In this document: positions 14,776 through 32,733 of the stretch, in pieces
How positions within the stretch are numbered: position 1 is the first letter of the stretch
How the letters are laid out: every line of letters starts with the position of its first letter
NCBI GenBank assembly: GCA_012295275.1
Contig: CM022676.1
Location: forward strand, 17,670,001-17,734,000
Direction of reading: 5' to 3'
Length of the DNA: 64,000 nucleotides
Origin: Chrysomallon squamiferum
Taxonomy: Eukaryota > Animalia > Mollusca
The notes under the pieces: generated by a model
Database searches by the model: none
The model's input: the letters and a program-made list of their open reading frames with translations, nothing else
Told to the model about the DNA's origin: nothing
Program-made: the position numbers and the translations under genes

Positions 14776-15986
14776 ACATATTTCTTTAGATATACTATGA
14801 TCACATCGTTCTGGTATGTGTAAATGTTCTTACATTATCATATTACTATATTATGTTAGATTAGTGTTTACATTTTCCGAACCGGTGTTCCTCTCTACTG
14901 GTTCCTAGAATCGAGGTTTAAAAGTATTTAGAAAAGCAAAAATACTATTTGTACCAGTGTTTTATTTTTTACATAAATTATATCAGCACAAACACACACA
15001 CACACACACGCGCACGCACCTCATATATAGATCTATAGACAGATATATTTTAATCTGTGAATGAAAATTAACTAAATAATGTTTTTGTTTGTTTATTTAT
15101 TTATTTATTTATTTATTTATTTTTGTTTCTTAATTCATTTACTTATTTGTTTATTTAAAGAAGAACAAAACTTACATATTACACCAACTTCTGGTTTACT
15201 CCAGACATTAAGTTGATCAGATCCACAAAACCAGAATCCACTGTCATCTTCAATTGTGTGATACTTGTAAACTAAATAGTCTTTATACTCGCTGCTAGCG
15301 TTGTTTGTCTTTGCTGAACAACTACAAATGTAACTTTCTGTACTGTTACAGTTACACGTGTCTCCTCTCTGTACACAGTCACACACTGTAGTGTTATCAG
15401 TTTGTGTTTTATGTACAAACTTTATATCAGAAGTCAGATTCTGTGACTCGCGTACACGACACGTCATAAACATCGTACCACCTTTTAGTACAGGTATCAC
15501 GTTCAGTAATCCAAACGTTACTCCTAGAATAATAAGGAAGAAAATATTTTCATTTTTATTTAATTAGTTAATTATCTTAATAACTGAAATTATAAAATAA
15601 ATAGTAAAATGTTTCACACAATAAGTTAAAACAAATGTTAACTGAAAAACCCATAGAAACAGAACACTTAAAATTAAATTAAAGAAATCTAATTTACATT
15701 AAATTAAAATAAGTAAGTAAATAAATAAATAAATTCATAAATTCATAAATAATAATAATAATAATAATAATAAAAATAAGGAAATAATAAAATAAAGAGG
15801 TAAATAAAGAAGCACATTCAAGCGAACAAACAAATAGAAAAATGAAGGAATGAATGAAACAGTCAATGAAACGAAGTAAAATAAAGTCTAGAAAACACAG
15901 CAAAACTGTTTCATTATCTTACCTTCCGAAAAATTCCGAATACAGAGTAGAGCAAAAAGAAACATTATCAAGTAGAAATTGTTCAT
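10054..15986 (-). CDS. Type I transmembrane receptor, ~460 aa: signal peptide, 2 Cys-rich Ig-like domains, S/T stalk, TM, Tyr-motif cytoplasmic tail (8 coding exons)
   Basis: Hand-built model. Exons 15986-15923, 15523-15176, 12864-12532, 12233-12117, 11566-11453, 11121-11077, 10858-10805 and 10361-10054 all have GT/AG boundaries and phase-1 introns. They sum to 1383 nt (460 aa + stop) with no internal stop. An in-frame TAA lies upstream of the ATG. Confidence 0.85.
10805..10858 (-). CDS. Receptor cytoplasmic mini-exon with DNELY motif
   Basis: 54-nt phase 1-1 exon IMSDNELYFVSPSSSNYA, cttttcag| ... |GTAATA. Confidence 0.75.
11077..11121 (-). CDS. Receptor cytoplasmic mini-exon
   Basis: 45-nt phase 1-1 exon SSEAAAVHSHVEENE, aaacag| ... 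|GTAAGT. Confidence 0.7.
11453..11566 (-). CDS. Receptor transmembrane exon
   Basis: 114-nt phase 1-1 exon DIKSWFLIVIVSCSVSGVILVLVVVILTVCIVKRTKSK: hydrophobic helix then basic stop-transfer residues; A|GTAAGT donor. Confidence 0.85.
12117..12233 (-). CDS. Receptor Ser/Thr/Asn-rich stalk exon
   Basis: 117-nt phase 1-1 exon QTNSVTSDENNNDTITVSSNKITKSSTRKENVVTHGDNT. Confidence 0.8.
12532..12864 (-). CDS. Receptor Ig-like domain 2 exon
   Basis: 333-nt phase 1-1 exon, tttcag| ... |GTGAGT; FVCSV...ITFKRG...CTC...C...YRC...YSLTISSFSVKDYKPWTC. Confidence 0.85.
15176..15523 (-). CDS. Receptor Ig-like domain 1 exon
   Basis: 348-nt phase 1-1 exon; MTCRV...DDSGFWFC (Ig B- and F-strand Cys, DxGxWxC motif) plus extra cysteines (CDC, CNC, CSC); several NxS/T sites. 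Confidence 0.85.
15923..15986 (-). CDS. Receptor coding exon 1, signal peptide MNNFYLIMFLFALLCIRNFSE
   Basis: ATG followed by a hydrophobic core; G|GTAAGA donor; acceptor ttgtgttatacag just upstream at 16018-16019. Confidence 0.8.
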
Positions 15987-16375
15987 GTTGCGAATTTCAA
16001 CTTTCCTATTAAGTTATCTGTATAACACAACTTACACCAAAAATAAATAGAGTCGATATTAACTTGGAAAAGAAAAAGAAAATTTCAATTATTATCTTAA
16101 AATACACAAGTTTTCTCTTGTTTTCAGCTTCCAACTCAACATGAACAACTGTAGTGTATCGCCTTAATAATTTCTGTTTACTTCCCACGTGTAAGTCTAA
16201 CAGAATGAAATCTTGTTCAGTTTTAATTATGTGAAATTACAGAAAATGTTAAAACCAAAGTTGAAGTGATGTTTAAAAAGTGACAGATTTGCCTTACATG
16301 GAAACAACTCTGTTCACTAATAATTAGTACTTGTAATGCGTTATAATACTTCCTGGAATCATGTATTATTTACTC

Positions 16376-16427
16376 ACATTTCACGCAGTCACGAGCCGTA
16401 CTGACACTGAATACATCTGTGACGTCA
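16376..16427 (-). promoter_or_regulatory. Putative promoter and non-coding first exon of the receptor gene
   Basis: Donor AAAT|GTGAGTA at 16377-16376; two TCAGT initiator-like motifs at ~16400-16410; palindromic CRE TGACGTCA at 16420-16427. Confidence 0.45.
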
Positions 16428-16785
16428 TGCTATTGTTTTTCAAGAGAGGTCTGACGTTTTATACTTCTCTATTTTCTCATAACTTGGAAAACTGATACCC
16501 ACGAAAATCTCGGTAATTGAAACCATTTATTTATGTATTTATTCATTTACTTATTTACTGGTATTGGTAGTATAAACAGACAACAGAGAGAAGACTTCCG
16601 CTCAAGTCCCACCATTTGCCGACAGCGGGCTTCATGTTTTCTAGCTCGTTATTATTGTCGTCATCATCATCATCATCACCATCATTAGCATCAAAATCAA
16701 TAATAATTTCAAAATTTTAAATAAAATAAATAAGGGGAAAGAAATACTAGGATCTCCAAAAAACAATCCACAAATAATCATAATC

Positions 16786-16841
<56 letters not shown>

Positions 16842-16958
16842 AATAAACAAACAAATAAATAAATAAAAACCTGATTCGCTAATAGAGCAGTTCCAGTTAT
16901 GCAAAATATGTCCCATATATATATATTTATATTGAAAATAATCCTGAAATACAAGCAG

Positions 16959-17100
<142 letters not shown>

Positions 17101-17844
17101 GTTAAAGTTGATGTTGTACTAAATTAAATTTGTTTGTCACCAAATCTTAACCAAACAGATTAGTACGTCTTCTTTCGCTCACTCGTGTTTTAATAACAAG
17201 TAAATTATAAATAAATTGAACACAGATAACAAATATTTCAAACTGTAGTTGTAGATATTTTTGAATTTACAATACATAATACAGTTAATTCAGATTCAAC
17301 AAAATGTTATTACATTAAACAAATCACTACTAATTTCAGACGTTGAACAAATGTATCACACTGAAAGTGGAATTGACAAAATAATCTAGTGTTTACATAC
17401 AACCACAGCAATAGTGTTTGAATTAACTTAGTCACTGAATTAGTAGTATTAATATTAGAAGTGGAGGAAATAACACCATTTGAATTGGTAAGAGTAGTAC
17501 ATAGAGAAGTCGTAGTAGTAATAGTAGTAGTTATAGTAGTCGTAGTAGTAGGAGGAGGAGGAGGTGTAGTAGTAGTTGAAATAATGGTAGTAGTAGTTAT
17601 AGCGATAGTAATAATACTGATAGTAGTAATAGTGGTAATTGTAGTAGTAGAGAGCAGCAGTTGTAATACTGACAACTGTTATAGCAAAAATAAGAGTTTT
17701 AATGGTAGTGGTTGCCGTAGCAGCAAAAGTATAATCAGCAGCTATAGTAAGAGTAGCGCTAGTAATAGTAGTTCTATGTTTTATTTATATTTGTGTTATC
17801 ATTATTATTTAACTGACTTTATTTCACTGAGTTTTATTTTGCTG

Positions 17845-17935
17845 TTTCGCGAGCCGGATGTCAATGTTAACTGTGAACAGTTTGGCGGGCCAGACAATAC
17901 AGCTCCGCGTGCCAGAGTTTGCCCGCCCCTCGTCT
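17845..17935. mobile_element. hAT-like terminal fragment
   Basis: GC-rich GGCGGGCC...CCGCGTGCCAGAGTTTGCCCGCCCCT resembles hAT/Charlie MITE ends; partner end not found. Confidence 0.4.
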
Positions 17936-18077
17936 AATGTGTAATAATGTGTGTGTGTGTGTGTGTGTGTTGTCTGTGTGTATGTGTTTTTGTCACTCTC
18001 GTAGTGTGTTTATTTGTATGTGTGTGTGTGATTTTTAATTGTCGTTAATTCATATTTACTCTGAAATAATGTCATTC

Positions 18078-18121
<44 letters not shown>

Positions 18122-18129
18122 GATATAAG

Positions 18130-18167
<38 letters not shown>

Positions 18168-19421
18168 CATAATAATCATATTAATAATAAATAAAGAGAT
18201 AAATAAATAAATAATTTGAAAAACATTCCACAGAATTCTCATAAAATCATATTTTCTATTTTAATATTATTTATTTATTTATTTACCTATTTATGTATTT
18301 ATTTATTTACGTATGTGTGTGAGAGAGTCTGTAGAAAGTTAGCTTGTACTGAGTTTATCTCTCGATAATACATTTAAATAGCCAAGTAAACTTTACTCGT
18401 AACAAAACAGATTAGTAAGTCATGTTATCACTAACACGTGTTTTAGTAACTTAATTACACACAAGTTGAACGTATACAGATAAACATAAATAGATTACAC
18501 AAATGATACTGTTAATATTAAACAAAGTAAAATGTGATCATAAAGAAACTTGAATTTACAAGACAGTATTGGTAGCATTAACACTAAGGGCAGTTGTTAT
18601 AGTAGTAGTAGTAGTAGTAGAAGTAGTAGTAGTAGCAAAGGTGTAGTAGCAGGGCTAGTTTTAACACTTCCAATACTAGTAGCACTAATAACAGTATTAT
18701 GTAGTAGTAATAAGAGTACTAAGAGTAGAAGTAGTAGCTAATAGTAAGAATACTCACAGTGGTATTAGTGGTAGAATTAGAAGTAGTTTTATCAAATATT
18801 GCAACAGTCATTAAACTAATGACAGTTTATTTGTATTAATATTAGTGATGGTAGTAATCCTGTAGCAGCAGCAGTACTATTAGCAGTTGTAGTAATAGGA
18901 TTATTAGTAGTAACAGTATAAAATAGTAATAGTAATAACAGTACTAATAGTAGCAGTAGTAGATAATAGTAGAAATACTGACATTGGTATTAGTGGTAGA
19001 ATTACAAGTATTATTATCAAATATAGTAGCAGTACTTAAAGGAGTTGTAGTACTAATAATAGTTTAATGTATTGATATTAGTAGTGGTAGAAAAGATGTA
19101 GCAACAACAGTGCTATTAGCAGTTGTAGTAATAGCAATATTAGTAGTAACAGCAGTAATAATTGTTGTAGTTGTAGCTGTTGTTTGTTCTATTTGTAAAA
19201 TGTATTATAAATTAACAGTAGCGACAATGTTACCAAAAGATGGTAGTAGCTGTAACATTACAGGTAACAGTAGTTCTGTTATTTAAACAAAACCTGACCT
19301 GACTGTTTTATTTCATGTTAAAGAGAAAAGATAACTGTGTAGTGTTGATTAGTAATCTTTTCAAGTGACGTATGTAATTATCAGTTTACCAAATAAGGCC
19401 ATGTTTTAAAGCTGGCATATC

Positions 19422-20672
<1,251 letters not shown>

Positions 20673-21508
20673 GGTGTCTGAAAGTAAATAATAATTGTAG
20701 TAGTTTATTTACTTGAAGTCGTTTGGTTCATAAACATACAGTTTTATATGATATTGTTTGTCATGTATAATAATCATCAACATAAACATAAACAAGTGGA
20801 TGTATATTTGGAGGATAGTCAATTATACATGTTCCGGTCTTAAATCTAATGCATTTTGTTGATGATAAAATAACAACAACAACAACAACAATAATAACAA
20901 CTAAGGCTATCAAAAAATCATTATCAATGATTAATTTAAAAGAAGAAACCAATACTAATTAAATAAACATATTTGAAACAAACAAAAAGGGCAAGAACAA
21001 AGATGGAATACGTAAATAAGTAAATAATAAATAAATAAATAAATAAATAAAGCATATGTCTACTCACTTTTGTGAACTCTGTCAGTTTAATAATTCAGGC
21101 GTTCAAAGAGATTGAAAAAAAAATTGAAATAACCACAAGAACAGGAAAGATCAGACAAGTTGTCGGCTCACTTGAACAAATGTATCAAAATACAGAATGT
21201 TTGATTGAGAGGATCTCGCACATTAAACAGCTACCATTATGTTCAACTCTAAACGTTTAAGAACAGGTTATTAAAATATATCAATAAAGTATAATAAATT
21301 CAAAAGAAAGCCCGTTATAAAGATTCTTGCTACCTCGAGTGTGTTTACTGTTAGGTGCGGTTCTAACTTTACCTACAAGTGGAGGGCCATGTTCTCTTTG
21401 CAATATAAAGACAGCGATATTTATTTATTTATAAAGAGACAGAGACAGCCAGAGAAAAGGAGAGAGTGCAAAAGACAGAGTGATAGAGAGACAGAGACCG
21501 AAAAACAC

Positions 21509-21657
<149 letters not shown>

Positions 21658-22471
21658 CTAGTAACTAAAGGACCCTCCATAGAACTGTATTTGTAAAGTT
21701 GAGGTGAGACTAGATCATTCCTGTGAATATGATAAAAGTATAAGTTGTATTTGAATGACGCTTGTCAAAAAAAAAATAATGTTCGAAGTTCAGATAGAAA
21801 ACGATCAATGCATAAATATCAATCTTTTATAATAACTTTTCTTAAAGCTAACTCAATCTTTTCATATTTTTCTAACAAAGGCTGTTCATTATTAGTCGAC
21901 ATTACAGGTCTGCGTGTCAGTATATTTACAGATTGAAAATGTCTATAGAAAAACAAACAGTCCGACAGAGAGATCATACATAGACAGAAAGCCAAACACA
22001 TATAGAGATATACACAGACAGACAGACAGACAGACAGAGAGACCAACACACAGTTACAGCACCTGTATATTTTTGAAAAAACACACAGAGAAATAACATT
22101 AACAAAGATCAATAAATATAAAAAATAATATTTTAATGTATTTGTTCTTTTTTTCAAAGTGTACCTGCATGTTCACATTGTTGAGTGTTTTTGTCTAAGA
22201 GAAGCATTTGATCTTTGTTCTCTGTCAAAGGATAAACATGTTCATAAGTAAAATATCGTAGTCGTGGAAAAGCAAATAAAAATAAATAAATAAATAAATA
22301 ATAAATAAATAAATAAATAAAAAAATAAAATAAAAATAAAATAAAATAAAATATAATAAAATAAAATCATGTGAAATAGAAGAAATGTAATAATAATATA
22401 ATAATAATTATAATAATAGGAAATACAACAACAATAATAATAATGAATAATATATATATACGTACATATAC

Positions 22472-22541
<70 letters not shown>

Positions 22542-23006
22542 GTACTGAATTATGGAGTGAAAAATAATCTTAAGTGTTTTTCCCTTTATCAAAAGACACA
22601 AAAGACAGTTATTCAGAGACTCAGAAACCAGTCAGAACAGGAACGTTGAAACAGCGATGCACAATGACTGCCTAGACAGAAATATTTCTCTCTCGTCTGT
22701 TCTAAAACAAATGAACAAATAAGTAACTATGCACTCGTTGTTGTGTCTTTGACCCGTTTATTTATTGAAAGTTGTTGACTTACCGATGACTGCCCTAGAT
22801 TCACCAGTCAGACGAAACTTTGTCTCTGAAAATAGGCAGATATAATTGAAGTGTACCTGTTGCTCGTTGTAGAGTTTGTATGCATAGCTTTCTACATTTC
22901 TATCTGTTTGTCTCTCTGTTTTGCCTATCTGTCTGTTTATCTACAAATCTATTTATATATGAGATTCACATACAGAGAGAGAGAGAGAGAGATAGAGAGA
23001 GAGCGA

Positions 23007-23057
<51 letters not shown>

Positions 23058-23093
23058 CAGAAAAATATGAAGTTAAATAAGTAAAACAATAAC

Positions 23094-23264
23094 CATGCAA
23101 TAAGGAGAATCTGTTTTTGCCATCAGCTTCACGCATGAAGTACAACTCACTGTTACTCGCGTCAGAGCCAGTCACCAAACAAACCAAGTCAGTCTGTTCT
23201 CCCAGTGTTACAGTAGACAATCCAGTTAGATTGTAGGCTGTGATACCGTCACCGTCATGACCAA
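23094..23264 (-). CDS. Orphan exon encoding the N-terminal half of an Ig-like domain
   Basis: 171-nt phase 1-1 open exon GHDGDGITAYNLTGLSTVTLGEQTDLVCLVTGSDASNSELYFMRE...; possible following mini-exon 22825-22784 (tttcag| ... G|GTAAGT); gene context unresolved. Confidence 0.5.
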
Positions 23265-23685
23265 CTACACCAGCAATAATAATAATAATAATAATAATAA
23301 TATATCATAAGCTATTTCAGTTGCCCATAATGTTACTCATAATATCCTACAACTACTACAAATAATGATACTAACATTACACCTACTAAACTACTAATTT
23401 TATTAGAGAAACAACAATATTACTACTACTACAATAACTATTAATACTACTTCTACTACTGCTGTAGTAGTAGTAATGATATTACTAACATTTTTTCGAC
23501 TACTAAAATCACTACCATTGTATTACTAGTACTATTACAATTTCACTACAACTATTATACTGCTATTATTACTACTATTACAATTACAATAACTATTGCA
23601 ATATAAACTACTTCTCCTACACTTCTGCAAGTAATACCAAATTATCTGCTACTACTATAATACTATCACTACTACTACTACTACT

Positions 23686-23750
<65 letters not shown>

Positions 23751-24180
23751 GGACAACTACAGGTACTAGTGCTACCTTTAGGAAACATTGATATTATGTT
23801 ATTACTGGTTTTTTTGTAAACCAGAAGACGACTGAAACATTATTATTTAAAAAACACTTTTCTCAAAAATATCTTGTAGACGTGTCACAAGAAAAAGTAA
23901 CAGGTGAAACTATGTGACATACATTTCTATTTAATTGTATCTCTACTGTCTCAAATAAAACAATCATCACTTTGACAAGATATTTATTTATTTATAACAG
24001 CTTTACAACATCTAGTACTGATAACTGAATCATGAGTAAACTTCATCTTTGTGTTCGACTGAACCACAGAGAGGCACTTGACTGTTAAGTGATTTATGTC
24101 ATTGTCTTCCATGTTCATAACAGGTCAGACAGCATTTCCCATTAGTGAACAGAGAGAGAGATAGAGATAGATAGATAAAT

Positions 24181-24309
<129 letters not shown>

Positions 24310-24567
24310 ATTTAGTTTATTTATTCAAAATTTACTGAAATATGTATCAATTTCTTCATATTCGTTGTTCTTTATTCACACATTCATTTATTAATTATTG
24401 ATATGGTTATTATTTCATCAAAGTGCACATTATTAATGAATTCCTTGAATTCTTTTTGACTTCGTTTATAAAATAGCCTAAAATAAAAACACTATGAATT
24501 AATTTTGTTTATTCTTTAATTTCGTTTTTGACTCTCTCTGTTATTAGTTTATCTTTCTTCCAAAAAA

Positions 24568-24598
<31 letters not shown>

Positions 24599-26596
24599 CA
24601 TTCAGTCAATTTGATTAAACAAATAACCTCACTCTACATAAACAAAATGTTCTTCTTTTACTGGTTTGTCCTGCAATAGTTTACACGTTATCCTTTAACA
24701 GTTTGATCCTAGTCTTAATTGTGTGCGAGTACAAAGAGAGATAACTCTACTCGCTTAGTTTATTATGAAGCACACACGAGTAGTTACACTGACACTTGAG
24801 TTCATTCTAATAACAGCGAGAAATACAGCTACACAGCAATGAATACACATAGATCATCTTGACTTTGTTTACATTACATTAGAATAAATTAATACTTTGA
24901 TAAAAACTATAGTAAAATAAATGAAATAGCTTAGCTTTGTGAACATTATTATATGTCTATTTATTTGCATTATTAAATGAATGAACAAAATTATCTCAGT
25001 ATCAGTCACCTTAATTTACACGCGACCGTGTCACAGACACACATAGATAATTATGTCTACAAGAATGTAGACAAGTTATGTACAGATTGAGTGTAGTAAT
25101 GATTGCACCATTTTAACGTTTTGCTTATTAAACTGAGTAGTGCTTTATAAATATATATAAATATAAACTCTTTTTAAATATAAAAGAAGTACAACTTCAT
25201 CATCCACCTCAAAATAATACCATTCACCTTTGTTAAAGCAATTCTCAGTTCAAGCATTACTGCACTCAGTCCGTGTATAACTTGTAAACATTTGTGTAGA
25301 TATAATTAGACTTAACTCTACTTAAAAATCCAGAAGATGAGGCAGATTCAGTATCCGTACTACTGTCTATTCAAGATGTTGGTTAGACGTGGTAAGACTG
25401 AACTAAAAGTCTATTTAGAAAGTTCTTGCATACGATGGTGTTTTCATTATTTGTCGTAAATGGATTTAAAAATCCCAGTAAAACAGATCTATAGTTTGTT
25501 TGTTACTAATCTATTTGTAAATTTTGGTAGACTCTTGAGCAGTCTGTGGTTATTTCAGTTACTGAACACTGATTTAATGGGTCATTATGTATATCATCAA
25601 TCCACTGCTCTTTTTCATTTGTCGCTCGTTTCCCTCTAACGAAAAATTACTTTCGTACAAATGTCAGTGATGCTCGTTTGGTTTTAAAAAGTCAGACTAC
25701 TTTCCTTTCTTCATATTTTAAACTGCACTGCCAGGGATCAAGCTAGAGGTGGACATGAGCGAAAAAAATCACGTTTTTGTTTTACTATTAATCCACGGCA
25801 AAGTGTAAGTCGCCTTCTTTATTTCTTTATTTATCTATCTATTTAATTATTAAATGATTTATTTATTTACTTATTTATTTATTTATTTATTTATTTGTTA
25901 TTTGAAATAGATCAGTTGGAAGTTGAATGTATCGTTACTTTGTGGCTCCATTTTGTCAAATGATCTCGTGAAAAACGTTCTACGGTCAGTCAGCGGAGTG
26001 CTGTTTTTTTTGAGTCAAATTCTTTGTTTTACTGTTGAGATTAGAGTTGACAATAAACACAGTTCTTCTAAACTTGTATACAAATTAAAATAATTGAGAT
26101 TTTCAATAGAAGTGACATAATTACACGAACACAGTCTCTATACAGTATTTTGTTAAAAACCCTGTTACATTAGAAACAGAACAACGAATTATACGTGTAG
26201 ATGTTTAATGTGACGTCTGTGACAATAGCTTAGCTTTAGAAAGTTTGATACATTGTCGATTTTTTTTAGGCCACTCTGCCATTACGATGAATTCAATAAA
26301 AGAAAACAAAATGTGCACCGCATGTATTTAAGCATAATTCTGAGTGAGTTAATTCACTTTTGTACTAACACACAAATAACAATCTTGTTAATTTAGCTGC
26401 GCATAGTGATTACAAGAAGCGTGACGTCATTGTTTGTTAAAACTTAAAAAATTGAGATCATTTCATAGCCTGTTTACGTGCATATTGACGTCATTGTTTA
26501 TGAAGTGACGTACTTGAAAAATTGTCTGCTGTTTCTGAAAAAGAAAATTTTGTGTGTATGTATATATATATGTGTATGTATGTATGTATGTATATA

Positions 26597-26644
<48 letters not shown>

Positions 26645-26809
26645 GTGTGTGTGTGTGTGTGTGTGTTCTGTATCTTCCTCTTTATCTTATCTTTATTTGG
26701 TGGATTATTTGGTGCCTTACCTTTTGAGTTGTTACGATTATAAAATATTTATGTAATAGTCACCGAAAAGTATTTTGATTTTTAATATTATTTGTGTATC
26801 CTTTTTCAT

Positions 26810-29810
<3,001 letters not shown>

Positions 29811-30457
29811 GATACGTGTAAACAACGAAATGAAATTGAGAAACATGGTTGGACAGACAGACAAAGAGAAAGAAATCTCACAGCAATACTGAAAACATTA
29901 TTAATATTGAATGCCTTAACAATTTGTTAGATAGGGAAATAATATTAATAATTAATTAATTAAATAATGAACTTCATGGCTATATTGTTATTAACATTAC
30001 TACTACTACTACATAATTTACATAATATATATAGCTACATAATATTTAACAGTTATTTTGTTATTGTTATTGCTATTATTATTATAATTATTATTATTAA
30101 AACTATTTGAAACAAGGACATTAGCAAATAGTTTGATTTTGTACTGTATGGTTTAAAAACACCACGATATGTACAAGTAAACTGGGAGATTATGAAAACA
30201 AGCGAAGCGATAACTTGTATTGTTTATACTGGCCTGTGGGCTGCTTTTATAGTCATGATTTTCAGACAGACTGGTTCGACAAAACATTCATCAAGATATC
30301 GATAAGTGGTGTAAATCTACAGAAAAATAATATTAAGATAAGGAAAGAAAGTTGTATATTGTTTCCAAGAACTCTCTTTAGTTTTACATGATGTGTTAAT
30401 GTATAAAACACGATATGAATTCTCATTTTAACACACACACGCACACAAACACACACA

Positions 30458-30502
<45 letters not shown>

Positions 30503-30575
30503 TGAAGATAGATAATCCGCGACAGCGGTTCTGTTTTGTATACAGAAGATCACCTCAGAGAATTTCAAAATGTAG

Positions 30576-30850
30576 CCTTGCTTTAATTATACATACATAC
30601 ACACACACACACACATACATAGAATTTCAAACTTTATCCTTGCTTTAATTATATATACACACACACACACGTACACACACACACATACATAGAATTTCAA
30701 ACTTTATCCTTGCTTTAATTATATATACATACACACACACACACACATACATAGAATTTCAAACTTTATCCTTGCTTTAATTATATATACACACACACAC
30801 ACATACACACACACACATACATAGAATTTCAAACTTTGATCTTGCTTTGA
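30576..30850. repeat. ~62-70 bp minisatellite (CCTTGCTTTAATTATATATAC(AC)nATACATAGAATTTCAAACTTTA) x~4
   Basis: Tandem copies in block A; not tandemly expanded in block B near 49760-49790. Confidence 0.85.
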
Positions 30851-32733
30851 TAAGCGTTTCGCGGCGGCATCTGGTAAGAGACTTGTCTAACCTTTGTTTT
30901 TTCGTTTTTTTTTCACGCCTTAATATTTAATATATATATAGTTATATATGTATACACACTCATACACAATTATATATGTTCCTTGTTTTTATACATGTGT
31001 TATGTTTTCGTGAATTGGTATATTTGTTGTTACACAAAATACGTTTGTTTATCTCTACACCTTTGTATCTGTGTGTGTGTGTGAGTGTGTGTGTGTGTGT
31101 TTTTGTGTGTGTGTTGGTTTATTTGTGTGTCTGTATGTGTGTGTGTTATGTATGTTTAAGAAAGAGTGAATACTGCTCTGATTTTGGAAACAGACGTGAG
31201 GGATAGATATCTGTATGTGTATGTTTATGTATATAAATATAAACAGAGACAAAACGATTACGTTTAAATTGCAGTGAAAAATTATGTGTAGTTACTGACA
31301 ATGCTAATTACTATATAAATTATTTGTCTTTCGTTCTGCAATTTACATTCGGTATCTGAAGTAGACAGCATCCGGATTAGTCACTGTTTTGTTCACCACA
31401 GATTAACAGTAGCTGGAAGGGAAACTGAAATGTGTCTGTGCAGCAGTTAATTACAAACCTCTGGAAATCGCAAGTGTTATCAGTACTTTAATTATTACTG
31501 TTTATGAAGGAAGCTGGTCAGTAAATAATTTCAAATCAGACTGTCGCTCTTTTTATTTTTCAGTTGTGTATCACAAGTATGAGACTAGAGCTTTTTGTAG
31601 CTGCAGCTAAAAAGGCAGTAGGAAAAACCTGAAATTTTAAGGTTCCGGCGGGATAAAATATTTTTTGTTGCAATTTATCAGGCATACTATAGTTGAAATC
31701 GTTCTTAAACACAAACATAATAAATTTTTGGCAAAATCTTGTGCACAAAATAAAAATTTCCAAACTCAAATATTTGTCTTTCAGATCAAAACCACATATG
31801 GAAGGAATGTTTATAGTGAGATGCAATTAAAAACACCATTACTGCTGCTATGTGTGGGTATATTAGGAGAGGTTTGTGATTTACAGGGTTTGTTATTTCC
31901 TGCTACACTGGTTTATACACAAAACCGGGTTAGTCGAAGGTTATTTTTCGCCGAGTTCACGGTGTGTATGTCTGCGTATGTGTGTGTGTCTGCATGAGTG
32001 TGTGTTTCTGTGATGAAACAATTTAAAACAGTGTATTTATTTATTGTTTAATTTTTAAAATTAACTAATGATCAGTGTTAGTGAAACGTATAGCAAGCTA
32101 ATATATGTGTGCATGTATGTTTACTTTGGTGTGTACACACACACTGACACACACACACACACACATACATATACACATACATATTCTATAACTCAATGTG
32201 AGCACAAAAGAAACAAATAAATAAATAAATAACTATCAAAAAGCAAATAATAATACCTGACACATTCTTTCAATATCTTTGCAATTCACCTGTTTACGTT
32301 TTAGATAGGAATTAAATACAAAAATAAACGAAGTGAAAATTCATAATAAAAACACAAATTTATTCATCTGTTTTTCATTTATTTATATCTCATATATAAA
32401 TAAATACAGAAAGAGTTGCTAGTGTTAGTAAAAGAAAATGGATAAATAAATCAAATAACAGTTCTTACTCTAATGTCTGACAACCAGGAAATACATATAT
32501 AATAATATAATATGATAAATAAGAAATGAGATGTTCATATACATGATGCACGTGTTTGACAGAAATCAGTTCATAAGAAATCAAAAAGTTCAAATAAAGT
32601 GTGTATGACGTCATCACTGCTGTCTGACGTCATCATAAATACAAAACGTAAACAAACAAATAAATAAATAATCAAACTAAAAATGTGATCCCAGTGATGA
32701 CTAAAAGTGACAGTGTTTGAACGATGTTGTTTT

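Noticed and set aside
21819-22701. Further small candidate exons of the upstream Ig module (22701-22613, 22194-22165, ~21945-21819)
   Set aside because: Splice sites are plausible, but they could not be joined into a convincing complete Ig domain or ORF
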